A stretch of DNA of 64,000 bases from the human T2T-CHM13v2.0 reference genome, Homo sapiens (GCF_009914755.1 NC_060946.1); one strand, 5' to 3'. Positions 1 to 30,200 are shown, counted from the stretch's first letter. The notes: generated from the sequence alone by a model not told the origin. Made by a program: numbers and translations.

Positions 1-11
1 CAGAGGCACTC

Positions 12-150
12 ACCTGGCCATGCCCTGTGCTGCCCTCAAGCTGTGACCCGGCCTGGGTTCCCTGGGCATCAAGCAGGGATCTGACCTGGCCATGCTCTGT
101 GCTGCCCTCAAGCTGCGACCTGGCCTGGGTTCCCTGGGCATCAAGCAGGG
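12..150. repeat. 72-bp period tandem duplication (2 copies)
   Basis: 12-78 and 84-150 are near-identical (acctggccatgc...gggcatcaagcaggg). Confidence 0.9.
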
Positions 151-292
151 GAGGCTGTTCAAGAAAATCCCCCAGGCCCACTCACTTTGATAGCCCAGAG
201 CAGCCATTGCTGGGACCTCTCTACACTCAGAGGATTACCAAAGACCCCAAGGAGCTTCTGTGTATGGGGCGCATGACTCCAGATTCTTACCG

Positions 293-1098
<806 letters not shown>

Positions 1099-1129
1099 GT
1101 CATCAGAAATTTAAATAGAGAACTTAAAA

Positions 1130-1750
<621 letters not shown>

Positions 1751-1759
1751 GATTGGCTG

Positions 1760-2161
1760 ACCCCAAACATTGAAGGAATAAATGGTAGCAATTTTTTTAA
1801 GACAGGGTCTCTCTGTATTGTCCAGATTGGACTCAAACTCCTGGGCTCATATGATCCCCACACCTTAGCCTCCCAAGTAGCCAAGAATACCAATTTTACA
1901 CAAACTTCCAGAAAATTGAACTGGGAGAAACATTTCCTAATTTATTCATTCTATGAGGCCAGTATTTTATTGATACCAAAACCAGACCACAGTATTATAA
2001 AAAAACAGAAAAAGGTTTTAAGGTCAGGTGAGTTTAGGAAGCAACAAAATTGTATGTAAAATTTTTTAAAAAAGAACAGAAAACCTAAAATCCAATGTTA
2101 CTCATGAACATAGAAAAATTCTCAACAAAATTTTGGCAAATTAAATTCAATAGTATATAAT
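1760..2161 (+). mobile_element. Old L1 (L1M) ORF2 fragment
   Basis: tcattctatgaggccagtat...tgataccaaaaccagac; translated FYEASILLIPKPD matches the L1 ORF2 motif. Confidence 0.8.
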
Positions 2162-2212
2162 AAATTTTCTCAGTATTTGCACATCTGGAAATGTCTTTAT
2201 TTCACCTTCAGT

Positions 2213-2505
2213 TTTATTTATTTATTTATTTTTTTGAGACGGAGTGTCACTCTGTCGCCCAGGCTGGAGTGCAGTGGTGCCATCTTGGCTCACTGCAAGC
2301 TCTGCCTCCCGGGTTCACGCCTCAGCCTCCGGAGTAGCTGGGACCACAGGCACCTGCCACTACGCCCGGCTAATTTTTTGTATTTTTAGTAGAGACAGGG
2401 TTTCACCGCATTAGCCAGGATGGTCTCGATCTCCTGACCTTGTGATCCACACACCTTGGCCTCCCAAAGTGCTGGGATTACAGGCGTGAGCCACCTCGCC
2501 CAGCC
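2213..2505 (-). mobile_element. AluY-like SINE
   Basis: Dimer with a small internal deletion; TSD tcaccttcagtttta on both sides. Confidence 0.9.
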
Positions 2506-4659
2506 TCACCTTCAGTTTTAAAAGACAGCTTTGCTGGATATACAATTCTTGGTTGATACTTATTTTTCCCGTCAGCACTTTGGCTTCTATCCTTCACTGT
2601 TTCTGATGACAAGTCAGCTGTTAGTCTGAGGTGCTGTTCTCTTTGATGAGTCTTTTTTCACTTAATGCTTTGCTTTTTATTTGTTTGTTTGTTTAGAGAT
2701 GATGTCTTACTGTGTTGCCCAGGCTAAACTGAAACTCCTGGGCTCAAGTTATCCTCCCACCTCAGCCTCTTGAGTAGCTGGGATTATAGCCTCTTTGTTT
2801 TTGATCATTTAATCATTTCACTACAATATGTCTGGATATATTTGCATATTTGCAAATTCTGACCTGGAGTCCATTAAACTTCTTGGATATGTGTAGATTG
2901 TTTTCCTCAAAATTGGGAAGTTTTCAAGCATTATTTCTTCAAATATTTTTTCTGCTCCTTTCTCTTTCTTCTTCTGATACTCCAATTACATGTATGTTGT
3001 TGTGCTTAATGGTTTTCCACATTTCTCTAAGGCTGTGTTCATTTTTCTGCATTTTTTCCGTCTCTCTGCTCTTTCAATTGTGTAATCTCTGTTAATCTCT
3101 CCTTACAATTGCTGATTCATTCTTTTGTCCATTCATTCTACTGCTGGATCTCTCTAATGAAGTTTTCATTTTAGTTATTGTATTCCAACTCCAGAATTTT
3201 CATTTGGTGCTATTTTATAATTTCTATCTCTTTATTGATAGTCTCTATTTTGACAAGAAATTATTTTCCTTTATTTTCTTAAGCATTCTTTTCTTTAGTT
3301 CTCTGAAAATATTTATAACAGTTGCTTTGGAGTCTTGGCTAAGCCTGATATCTGGACCCTCTGAGGGGAAGTTTCTTTCTTTTTTTATTTATTTTTCTTT
3401 TTTACTGAATTTGCATACTCTGAAGATTAAAGGTAGTTTCTGTTGCCTGCTTTTCTTTTTCTTATGTCTGGTCACACTTTCCTGCTTTTTTTTTTTCATG
3501 TCTCATAAATGGTTGTTAACCACTGGACATTTTAGAGAATATACTGTAGCACTCTAAACACTGAACTCTCACATTCTGGGGCTCTTTTTTGTTTGCTTAT
3601 TTGTTTAGTGACTTAGCTGGACTATTTTAGCGAAGTCTATTTCTCCTAAGTATGCAGCTTCTGATTTTACTCCTCAGAGAAAGCAGCCTTGGGCATGACC
3701 GGGGTCACCCTAGGTGACAGTGGTTTTAGCAGGGGTCTCTTTGTCTCTTTTTATGATTTCTCTGTCAAGCTGTCTGGCTTTGTTGGAATCGTACCCAGCT
3801 ATTATCCTCCATTGATAACTAATTGCTCTATTGTTTTCAACAGTGCCCTGGGGTAGAAATTGCTCCACATGTGATTCAATTAAATTCAGGCCCTTTTGCA
3901 AAGGTACTCTTTGAGGCCAGTCTTTGAGGTTTGTTACAACTCCAGGAGCGTTCTTCTCAGTAGCTACTCTATAGTTTAGTTTGTTAATCTGACAAGCTAC
4001 TAGCCTCCTCATAATTGCTTGCCACCAAAATTGCTTACCATCAAAATCTCCATTGCTTTTCCCCTTAAGCTGGAACTCCTCCACACTCAGTTCCAAAGGA
4101 AGTCAGTTCCCTTAAGATCCCTCTGTTCTTACAGCCTGCCACTTTCTGGGCAAAACCTCTGCACAACTGCTCTGGAGGTAGGGAGAATGGGCCCCCTTCT
4201 CAGAGAATAACACACGTGCTTTATGAACAGGCTGCTGGATGGGGCAGTAGCTTCTGATCTTCTTGGCTTGCTACTTATGTTATGGAACCTCTACCCTATG
4301 AATGAGCTGGGGCAAATGCAACCAGGCATTTTTTTGGCCTGCTGCACCTAAGGTAGAGCTTCCACCTTACAGAGTGGGGCTGGGTAGAGGAGGAGAACCC
4401 CAGAACTCTCAGCCACTCTTGCCTAGAATGGAGTATCTACAACACAGGACGTGGTGGATGAGAAATGCTGATGTCCTGCCCTTCCTAGGGAGATACTCTA
4501 GCTCCCCAGCTGAGACTGAGGAGAGGGAGACCTGTGTTCTTGGCTGCATCCACCTGGAGTAGAACATCCATCTCGCTGAGCTGGGGGGACGGGGAAGGGA
4601 GAGAATGGGCCATGGCTCAAATGCCACAGGCTCTCACTGTTCTACTGTTCTGAGATTAA

Positions 4660-5306
<647 letters not shown>

Positions 5307-5481
5307 CCAGCCGATTTTCTTGAATAAATGTTTCATTTGCTGTGTGACCTCAGGACAATTTCCAGAGACTTTAAATGGTTGTTTTTTCATATAATATTTA
5401 CCAGTTATAGTTATTTCTCTGGGCAGAGGGTAGGTGGAGCTCCTCACACCACTATACCAGAAGTTGTCTCTGAATATGTAA

Positions 5482-6127
<646 letters not shown>

Positions 6128-6143
6128 TTATTAATAAATAATA

Positions 6144-6445
6144 CAGTAGTCCCCCTTTATCTGGAGTTTCACTTCTTACGGTTTTGGCTACCCATAGTAT
6201 AGTAAAAGAAAACAGAGAGAGACCACATTCATATAACTTTTATTACAGTATATTGTTATAATTGTTCTATTTTATTATTAGTTATTGTTAATATCTTACT
6301 GTGCCTAATTTATAAATTAGGCTTTATCATAGGTATGTCTGTACAGGAAAAAACATAGTGTATATAGGGTTTGGTACTATCTGAGGTTTCAGGCATTCAC
6401 TAGGGGTCTTGGAACACATCCCCCATGGATAAGGGAAGACAACTG
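6144..6445. mobile_element. MER44A-like TcMar-Tigger MITE
   Basis: Terminal inverted repeats cagtagtccccctttatc and gataagggaagacaactg, flanked by TA at 6142-43 and 6446-47. Confidence 0.85.
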
Positions 6446-11830
<5,385 letters not shown>

Positions 11831-12924
11831 TGAGGCTGGTCTTGCTGGCTCCTGCATTTCCAACACAGAACCTGAGCTTTGGCTCAGAGTAGGCGCTCTG
11901 TAAACACATGTGGGACGAGTGAGGACGTTCCCTGGACGATGCCTGGGGTGCCCAGGCCACAGAGCTGCCATTGAATCTCCTGGGGGTTAAGGTCCACCAC
12001 GTTCCACTCAGCAGGAAAAATTCAGAGCTGACATTAATTCAGACCCCACATACGTGATTCTTACTGAGTTAGACACCAAGACAATCTCGCCTTTTGTTGG
12101 GGCTGTGGGAGCCTTACGTACGCCTAGAGAGAAGCCAGTCTAAAATCAGTCGCTTTTTGAAACCATCAGCTCGAGAAATTAAGGATTCTGTCAGCGTGCC
12201 CTGAATTTCTGGGCCCAGCAATTAATTCCTTCTAGATTAAAGGATTGTTGTGTTTCTGATACATTATTATGCGGAGTGGGCTTGCTGTGAATTTTAAAAC
12301 TTTAACCAGAATCCTCATTAACTGGGACCTTTTATCTGTGTGCAACTTCTAGAAGAGGCCAGTGGCTAGAAAGTGAGCTGATGCATCCAAAAAACACATT
12401 CCGGGTGTCCTGTTGCATATTCAGTCCAGGCAGCTGTTCTCCTTTCTGATGGAAACAGGGCCATTTACTTACAATGTGCCTGGTGCCGGCTGTATGTTGT
12501 ACATTGCGCCATTGAATCATCACCTGCTCGATCAGGCAGCCACCGTCATTATTAGCTCCAGCGTACAGGTGAAGAGACTGGGGTCGAGAGAGATGGGGTC
12601 CCTGCTCAAGCCAATGGGTGGCACAAGTCTGTCCGACCTCCAGGCCCCATGCTTGGCTCTCAGCTTCTGTTGCTTTCCCTTCTCCGTGGATGGTGAAGAC
12701 CACTGTGCGGAAGGATGATCACAAGGCCCTTTGGGCCACCATCCAGCCAAGAGCTATTTCATCTGTGCTGGGCTTGAGGCTCTGCTGAGCCCGAGGGAGT
12801 AGGGAGGCCCGAGGGAGCAGACCCAGTCGTGTGTGAGGCTGACTCAGGGGCTAAGAGCTCCATCCTCTGGGAACACCCACGGGGTTCAGGGCCCAGGGAG
12901 GCCAGCCCCTGCTGTCTATCATGA

Positions 12925-13283
<359 letters not shown>

Positions 13284-13699
13284 GGCTGTCCTGATGGCAG
13301 AACCGGAGCCCAGATGCAGCCCTTTGAGGGAGAGACTTCCAGGCCCTATGTCAGATGCTTACTGAACATCTCCAAATGAGCCTGGGTCTCCCGGCATAGC
13401 AGCAACTTCCCACTTTGGTTTACACAGGTTTATATACACACAGTGTTTATGCACACAGCTACTTCCTCACCCCTGCGTGCCTGGAACCAGCGCTCCCCAG
13501 CCCAGTGTGCACCCCAGGCCAAGAGCCAGGCCATCACTCCCACAGTGGGCTTCCCCTAGGGCCCTGGGATCTTCTAGAAACCTTAGAAACTCAAAAGGAG
13601 TCAGGATTCCAGGAGTTCTGGCATCCCTAAGTAAAGTGCCCCTTTCGAGCTCCCCAGAGAAAGGAGCCAGGCAGCCCCGGAGAACAGTCCACTACTCAC

Positions 13700-14875
13700 T
13701 GTTGGGGAGCGTGCGGAGAAATTCGAACGCTTGCGTGCTGCTGGTGGGAATGCAAAGTGGCACAGCTGCTGCGGAAAACAGATGGTGATGCCTCAAAAAA
13801 TTAAACAGAATTATCCATGTGACCCAGCAATTCCACTTCCAGGTATGTACCCAAAAGAATTAAAAGGAGGGTCTCAAAGAGATCCCATGTTCATAGCAGT
13901 ATTATTCATAATTGCTAAAATGTGGAGAAACTCACATATCCATCAATGGAAGAATGGATAAGCAAAATGAGGTCTGTCAATTCAATGGAATATTATTCAG
14001 CCCTGAAAAGGAAGGCAATTCTGACACAAGCTACAATGAGAATGAAGCTTGAGGACATTGTGCTGAGTAAATGAAGCCAGTCACAAAACAATAAATACTG
14101 TATGATTTCACTTATATGGCGTACCTAGAGTAGTCAAAATCATAGAGACAGAAAGTAGAATGGTGATGGCTGGGAAAAAGGGGTAATGGGGATTATTGTT
14201 TAATGAATACAGAGTTTCAGTTTTACAAGATGAAAAGGGTTCAGGAGATGGATGTTGGTGATGGTTACACAACACTACAAAGTTTAGTTAATTCCACTGA
14301 ACTGTACCCTTAACAATGGCCAATTTTGCCGGGTGCGGTGGTGCAATTATGCCTGTAATCCCAGCACTTTAGGAGGCTGAGGAGTGGGGTGGGGGAATGG
14401 CTTGAGCCCAGAAGTTCGAGACCATCCTGGCCAACAAAGCGAAACCCCGTCTCTACAAAAAGATACGCTGTTTATGGTGGTGCATGCCCATAGTCCCAGC
14501 TACGTGGGAGGCTGAGGTGGGAGGATCGCTTGAACCCAGGAGATCGAGGTGGCAGTGAGATATGATCACACCCCTGCACTCCAGCAGGGGTGACAGAGTG
14601 AGACCCCGTCTCCCAAAAAAAAAAAAAGGTAAATTTTGTTATATTTTGTAATGAATAGAATGGTAAAATTCCACTTAAATGGGGTACTTAGAGTCGTCAA
14701 CATTGTAGAGACAAGTAGAATGAGGGATGGGGGAATGAGGAGTCAGTGTTGAACCAATACAGTTTCATTTGCGGAAGATGAAGAAGTTCTGGACGGGGGT
14801 GATAGTTGCACAACAATGTGAATGTACTGAACTGTATGCTTTAAAATGCTTTAAATTGGTTAAAATAAGCAAAAT
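13700..14875 (+). mobile_element. L1MB-like 3' end fragments with an Alu at about 14328-14628
   Basis: gacccagcaattccacttccaggtatgtacccaaaagaattaaaag; agtagtcaaaatcatagagacagaaagtagaatgg. Confidence 0.82.
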
Positions 14876-15111
14876 GGTCAGTTTTCCAGCCTGGACAACA
14901 TGGAAACTCCATCTCAACAAAAAAATAGAAAAATTAGCCAAGCATGGTAGCACATGCCTGTAGCCCCAGCTACCCTGGAGGCCGGGGAGGTTAAGGCTGC
15001 ACTGAGCTATGATCACCACACTGCACTCCACTCTGGGTGACACAGTGAGACCCTGTCTCAAAAAAAAAAAAAAAAGTCAATTTTACATTATTTATGTTAC
15101 CAGAATTTGTA

Positions 15112-15142
<31 letters not shown>

Positions 15143-15690
15143 TCTGAAGTTCCCTTTCATTAAGCAGCCTGCTATTCTCATGATCCTAGTAAATCCTGGT
15201 GGCGACATTTCAAGGTGCATTCTGGGATTGTCCTCAGTTTTCAGGTGAGAAGGCCAAGAGAGAGAGGTGACATGAGCAGCCTGAGGTCACCCAGCGAGTG
15301 GCAGGGCCAGGATTCCACCCAGGACCGCTGACTGCACCCAGCCACAGAGGGAGTGGCCCCCTTCCCTGACGGCTCCCCCAAAATCCCACTCAGATTCTCC
15401 TGGCAGGGGCCAGCAAACAGGATCCAGATGGCGGTTCACCCAGTTAGGACAGGGCCTAACTTGAAACCGCTCTGCCAGGATTTCCAAATGCATCCCAGAT
15501 TTCTGTCCTGGAAGCATCTGGTGCCCTCCTGCTGGGGCAGTGGGGGGCCGAGGAGCAGCCAGGCCTGGCCATGGGCCTGGGCAGTGACTGGGGGCTGGCG
15601 GGGCTTGGCACTGGCCTCGAGTCCATCTCCTTGGAGCCTTTGGGGGATCCTGCCGGCCCTAGAAGGCCCATTTTGCTCTGACAGTGGATT

Positions 15691-16129
15691 TGTCTTATTC
15701 CCACCTCTGCAACAAAGCCCCACAACCTGCCTGGCTTAAACAACAGACACTTATTGTCTCACTATTTTGGTGCTGGAAATCTGAAATCAAAGTGTGGGCA
15801 GGGCTGGTTCCTTCTGAGGCTGAGAGGGAGAATCTGTTCCAGGCCCCTCTCCTGGCTTCGGGTAGCCTCCGGCGCTCTTTGGCTTGTTGGTGGCCATCTT
15901 CTCTCTGTGTCTTAACATCATCTGCCTCTGTGAGCGTCTGTCTCTGTGTCCCATTTCCCCTTTATATAAAGACACAGCCACATTGGATTAGGGCCCACCC
16001 TCGAGATCTCATCTCAACATATCATCTGCAAACTCCCCATTTCCAAAGAAGGTCCCATTCACGGATCCTAGGGGTTAGGACTTCAACATCTTTTGGGGTG
16101 GTGGGGGGGACATAATTCAAACCATAACA
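15691..16129 (-). mobile_element. MLT1B/C-like solo LTR
   Basis: ggcttaaacaacagacacttattgtctcac...cattggattagggcccaccc...gggggacataattcaaaccataaca. Confidence 0.82.
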
Positions 16130-16705
16130 CCATCCCACAATGCTGTTACTCTTCTCAGCTGCCCAGGAGGCCAGTGGGGAACATTCTGGGGATTGGAGAT
16201 GTTTGCAAACTGAAATGGCATTTCACATAGTCTCTACGGTTTTATGAATTGTTACCTGTTGCCACCACATACTGAGTGCTTGCTTGCTGTGTGCCGGGCA
16301 CTCAACATAACTCCCCAGTCCTCAGCTGCAGGGTGGCTGCTATCATCCCATTATACAGGTGAGCCATTGAGGCTCACCTGGGAGGAGTCACTCGCTCAGA
16401 GACTCAAGGCTGATTATTCCCATCTGTGGGATTCATCCCACCACCTGTCTGAGCAGAGGCCCTGAGGTTTCTGTAACTCCTCCTATTCCTGAACACATTC
16501 CCCATTCCCATCCTGTGTTCCTTCCTTTGACCCCAAACAACTTGAAGTTGGAGGAATTAAGTGCAAATGATTGCAGTTGGGAGTAAAAGACAGCGTCTGG
16601 GAATTCAGGCAGAAAAGGTGTGTGAGGGGGAGGCCTCCCTCCCTCCTTTTCTCCCTCCCTCCTTTCTTTTTTCTTGTCTTTTTTTCACATTCAAACAGAA
16701 CTTCA

Positions 16706-20159
<3,454 letters not shown>

Positions 20160-20784
20160 TTACGTTCACGGCATGTGACACAGCAATCGTGTGGAAGGAA
20201 ACTATGACAACTCCTGCCCTGTGCAGAAGGCAGCCTGTGTCAGGCCCCTCTGATCCCACATGTGCCCATCAGTAATGACCCATTCAGTGCAGATTAGACA
20301 TAAAACCAGCTTTGACTTCAAAGGACCAAGCAGCTAAGAGTAAGAGAAAGAAGGAGGATTTTCAGCTCCCTGGGGATGGGGAAAGATATTCAAAGGGCTG
20401 GAACCTCTCTTTCTTTGGCAAAAAAGAAGGCCAAAAAAAAACCTTCCAAAGGAAAAAAAAAAAAAAACCTCTGGGGAATCGTTTTATTAAGATGGATGGA
20501 TTATGGGTGATTTATTTTCTTTTTAAAAAAAGTGCTTTAATGATATTATATTGCTATTATAATATTTTACTACTAAAAAAGATTCTACGAAGCCTCTTAG
20601 GATTATGGATGAAAAAGAATGATTTTATAAAACTCAGCAATTCTTAAGAAGAGTACAGCCAAAAAAGCTTTCTCACTCCTTTATAGTTTCTTCCAATAAC
20701 TGGCTCACCAAGTCAGAGGCTGAGCAGGCAGACAGCCGCAGACCTAAGGGAAGCTATGACCATCTCATCTGCAAGAATGAGAGT

Positions 20785-22533
<1,749 letters not shown>

Positions 22534-23898
22534 TTATTTTCCCAATGTCCTCTTTGCCAAAGGCTGACCCTTCTTGCTGCTTCTTGCTGTCCCAAGCCTT
22601 GCATCCCCAGCCTGCTCAGATTCCTCACTCTGCAGTCTATATGCAACATGCTTTGGATATAACCTATGTACTATTTCTTGATCAGTCTGTGCCAGGCACT
22701 GGGCAAAGAAATCCACGTGCCTCATTTAGATGCTCCTCGTAACAACTTGCCCTGAGACAAGTACCCTATCCCCATTTTCCAGGTGAACACACTGAGGCTC
22801 AGAAAGGGGAAGCAATTTGGCCAAGGTTACTCAGTGTCTCACTCAGGAACAGGCAGGATTGAAACATTTTCCTGGCCAACCTGGGCCTACAGGCCCCACA
22901 ACGTTAGCCCCATGTTGGGCCCCTCTTTGACACCAGGCCACCCTTCTCTTGCCAGAGGAGTCCCAGGTCAGCTGTGCCCCTGGGAATGTCCCACCAGGGC
23001 TGGGCATAGTCAGCCCAGATGGGCCAAGGGCTGCCTGTCAGGAGGGAAAGGGGACGGTGTAGGGTCCCAGGGCCAATTCTGGACCTGCACTATGCTGGTG
23101 ACTGCCCTAGGGTTCTGCAGCCAGAGTTTGAATATGGCTGCTGCTAGCTGTGCAACAGTTTGCCACCCTCCCTGGCCTCCCTTTCCTGTGCCAGATCCCT
23201 CCTCTGGGGGCAGCTGTGATAATGCGTGCAGTCACATAGATAAAGGCTCGAGGCTGACAAGTGGAAAGCAGGTCAGTGGTCGCCCCTTTATCTCTGTTTC
23301 TAACACTGTCTCCTTCTGTGTGTGTGTGTGTGTGTGTGTGTCTCCCTATACTACTGTCTGTCTTTCTGTCTTTCCCTCCCCCTCTCTTCCTTTTCCTCCC
23401 TCCGAGGGGTCAAGGGAGGACACAGGACACAGCCAACTTTGGCTTTGTGAGGCCCCAACTTGCAGACGTAGGGCAGGCCGGGGGTGGGGGAAACCTGGCT
23501 GCCCACCAGCCCACCTCCTGAGACAGGCCCTTCCCTCTGGTCAGGCCCCTATCTCCCCTACTCACCGCCCTGAATAGCCTCCACTCAGGTGTGTCCCGAG
23601 CAACTGGGAGCCCTGGGCCATGCCTGCTGAGGACAAGGACACTGGGTCCCTCCTGGGAGAGCACGGAGGGGTCATCTCCCTTAGGAGCCACCCTCACAGC
23701 TTCCCGGGGCTGGGGCTGGGGCCCGATTCAGAGGAGCTCCTGAATCAGCCCTGTCACTTGTGGTTCCTCTGCCCCATCTTTCTTCCTGGAGGTGGAAACC
23801 TACATGGAAACCTCCACACAGCACTCAGGAACACTCCCCGGCTGCAGACAGCAGCTCCTGGAGCCTGGAATGGCAAGGGCTGCTGTTTTACAACAAAC

Positions 23899-24050
23899 CA
23901 CACACACACACCACAGACACACACACACACACACACAGATACACAGACACACACACACAGACACACACACAGACATATACACAGACACACAAACACATAT
24001 ACAGACAGACACACATGCAGGTACACACACACAGACACATAGACACACAC
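23899..24050. repeat. Degenerate (CA)n microsatellite
   Basis: cacacacacaccacagacacacacac...; a short (TG)n also lies at about 23318-23340. Confidence 0.9.
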
Positions 24051-24149
24051 TTCATTTTTAGGGCAAAGGGTGCCTATGCCATGCATACTTTTTGGCGCTA
24101 AATTTTTTTCAAACAGCGCAAAGGGATTCATAATGAAAACTAATACCTT

Positions 24150-25803
<1,654 letters not shown>

Positions 25804-25992
25804 CGTAAGCACATTGCTTTTCTTTTGAGTGAAGCCTTTTCATTCTGAGTTAGTCGTCTGTTCACAAATTTTATTCATTTATTAAGTCATTGATCAAATG
25901 TTATTGATTTGTAAAAGCTCTTTATATGTGGAGAAAATTAGCCTTTTTATCTAATTTAGACATTGCAAAAATTTCCACAATTAATCATATTA

Positions 25993-26885
<893 letters not shown>

Positions 26886-26909
26886 TGTTTTTGTTCTATA
26901 CAGAAATTG

Positions 26910-27225
26910 TGGCCTGGCACAGTGGCTCACAGTGTAATCCCAGCACTTTGGGAAGCCGAGGTGGGTGAATCACCTGAGGTCAGGAGTTCAAGACTGGCCT
27001 GGCCAACATGGCGAAACCCTGTCTCTACTAAAAATACAAAAATTAGCCAGGCGTGGTCATGCATGTCTGTAATCCCAGCTACTCAGGAGGCTGAGTCAGG
27101 AGAATCGCTTGAACCCAGGAGGTGGAGGTTGCAGTGAGCCAAGATTATGCCACTGTCCTCCAGCACTCCAACCTGGGTGACAGAGAAAGACTTTGTCTCA
27201 AAAACAACAACAACAACAAAAACAG
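26910..27225 (+). mobile_element. AluS-like SINE
   Basis: Full dimer with (AAC)n tail; TSD acagaaattgt. Confidence 0.9.
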
Positions 27226-30200
27226 AAATTGTTACGCACCCAGATGTATCTTGTACAGCTTCTGGAGTTGTATGTGCCCTAGAACTCTTAGAAAGGTTAT
27301 AAAAAGGGCTCAGCATCTGTGCCTATTTATGATCCATCAGGGGAACCACACAAATCAACAGATGTCCCCAGCCCAGAACGCTGTGAGTGGTGAACCCCAG
27401 TGGACACATGACCCAGTGTTGGGGGTATGAAACATCCTTCTAGGGGTGGAGTGGGGGTGATGTCTGAGCTGAGACTGGATGGTGAGCTCAGGCAGGGTGA
27501 GTGGGTATTGGCAGGCAGAGGGACAGGGCAGGAAAACCCGCAGACAGACGGAGAGCACAGGATGGGCTAGGGAACTGAGACATCCCCTAGCCCACCCTGG
27601 GTGTGGGGGTCTGTCCCAGGGTCTGGGGACAGTGGGAGGACAAGCAAGCTGGGCCACCTTCAGTTCTCAGCCTGAGGGGGACAGGGAGACTGGAAGGTTT
27701 TCTTCGCAGGGTTGCTTGGCTCCATTTGCCTTTGGGAAGATTCTGCAGGACTGAAAGTATCAGAGGAGACAAGAGGCCATCGAGGAGACCGATGCCACAT
27801 CCCATAAGGGGGTGGAGGCTGGATGGGATGGAGCCAAGGAATGGACACAGGGAAAGAGGACCCAGACTTAGCCCTGCAAGGCTGACCGGATGGTGGGGCA
27901 GGGACAATCTATAGTCAGGTCCCCCTCCCCCTATATAGCTGTCCATCCACCTAAGACTCCCAGGACCAAGCCTCAGGTGAGGAATCCATTCCCCCTGGGC
28001 CCAAGGGCTCTGTCTAACGGGGCTTCCCAAGCATGATGTATTCCAGCCCCAAGCAGCCCAGAGCCCACAGGCAGCCATTACCAGATGCATGGGTGGGTGA
28101 TGGAGGAAGGAGAGGCTTCCCACCCTTGGCATGGGATGGGGGTCTGAGGGAGGCCAGAGTCTGTGAGGTGCTGAGAACGGATGAGGCTCAGGATGGTGGG
28201 GGGGTGGTGCCCCGGTCCTGCCCCCTCTGCCAGGCTCCTATGGGAGCCGAGACCAACCACCTAGGACCCTCTTCCAAAAGAGTCCCTCTTTCTAAGTCTG
28301 TCTGTCTCTTTTTCTGTCTCTCTGTCTTTCCATCTGTCTCCTTCTATGAAAGATGAAGACATCTCTCTAGATCACTTTGTCTCCCTCTCTCTCTGGCTAC
28401 CTGGCACACTCTCCTGAGAGTCACTCACTATATCTCTCTGTCTCTGTCTCTGACTTCTCCTCTGTCCCCACCACTCTCATTCTCCTCCTGCTTCTCAGCA
28501 CCACCACCACCTCCCCATTCATCCTGGAGCTGTCAGGTGGGGCGGGCCCACATGCTCATGACCCGGCAGGTGCCACCCGGGACTGGCAGGGCTGGTGGGC
28601 TGCTCCAGGGCCTCTGCTCTGAGGGGCTTCTCTGGTCTGCCCTTCCCTCCTGCCAGATCCGTCCAACCACATGGACTCACAGCTGCCACTTCAGATGCAT
28701 CCAGCCGGGAGTGGGCTTCACCTCGCTGGGGTGGGAGATGGACAGCTTCCCATACAGAAGGTCTTAGGCCACGTTCCTAGGCTGTGGTCACCAAACATTT
28801 CCCTCACCAGCCTAGAAGTTCCACTACCAACGATTTAGGGTTTAAATGGCAGGAAGCCCTGTTAACTCCCCCTCCTCCCAACATTAAACATTAAACACAT
28901 CAGTCATTCACACTCTAGTAGGAATGAGCCAAGAGCTCTTCCCTCTACCCCCTAGTTGGGTGGATGCTGCATATGGAGATACTGTTCATCCATTTTTGCA
29001 AGAGGAGATGAAAGAGAAGCAGAGGAAGGGACCTGAGAGAAGGCAAGTAGGGCAGAGGTGGGGGGTCAGAAAGGGGAGGATTTAGGAGAAATTGCCAGAG
29101 GAGGGGAAGGGGGAACAAACGTTGCTAAGGAGAAAGCCTCTCATTTGTCCATTCCTGCAGTCAACAAAGCACAGTTGCAGGAAAGTCCCCGAGTCCTCAC
29201 ACCCCCATTTTCCAGATGCAGAAACCGAAGCTCGGAGAGAAGGGACTCTCTAGATCACATAGAACATCCAGGTCTCCTCACTCCAACAAGAGGTACCCTG
29301 TCCTGCCATGCTCGCTTATGTCCGGCCCTGTCATTCTGTTGTCGTCCCCCTGTACCCCCCTCAAAGATGCAAAACGGGAGATTCCAGAGGACAGGAAGGC
29401 CCTCCCAAGCCCTAATTTATGATTTTCTGACAGCTTCCTTCCTCCCACTACTCCCTTCCAGCCCCAGTCCCAGCTCTCTGGGGAAAGAATGAGCTGGGTG
29501 AATGAGAAGGGCAGCTCCATGGAGCATAAATAACTCGGCTGGGCAGCTGCAGGCTGCCTAGGTCTCCCAGCGCCCCGACCCTGGCCCTGCAGGGTGCTTC
29601 CATCTCTGAGAGCCAGGGACAGGAGGGCCAAACCCCCTGATCAAAAGTGCAGAGAGCAGCCATTGCTCTTGGGCCCTGTCCTTTGTCTGGTCAGCAGCTT
29701 TTAAGGCTGTGGCCTTACACGGTCCCTTCCCTTTCATGGTGTCCAGGCACTGCCTTGGCAATTAGGCCTGGGCCCCTGGGTGCTGCGGCCATGGGCTCTG
29801 GGCACCCCTTGGGCTGCTTCCTCACCTATGGAACAGGCACGATATGGGAAGAGTGCCTGGGCTCACACGAGCTAATGTGTGCACAGGGCTGATATGACGG
29901 GGCACACCCAAGCTGGAGAGACAGTCCTGTAGGACACAGTGGGAGGAAAGAGTCCCTTAGCTACGGCCCCCAGAGACTTCACAGGGGAAGGAGGCTGCCG
30001 CCCAGGTTGTTTGTTAAGAGGATAAAACATTTCCTGTTTGGACTAGGCCAGGGTGGATGCGTCAGTGAATCTGCCCCAGAGGGGCTGTGTTTCCCGGATC
30101 CCATGGCCTGCCCTGGGAGGGTGTCTGTGTGTGTCCCTGTGTGGTCCATCTGGGTGTGGGTCCAGGTCTGGGTATGTGTCCACACATTCTCTCTGGCCTC

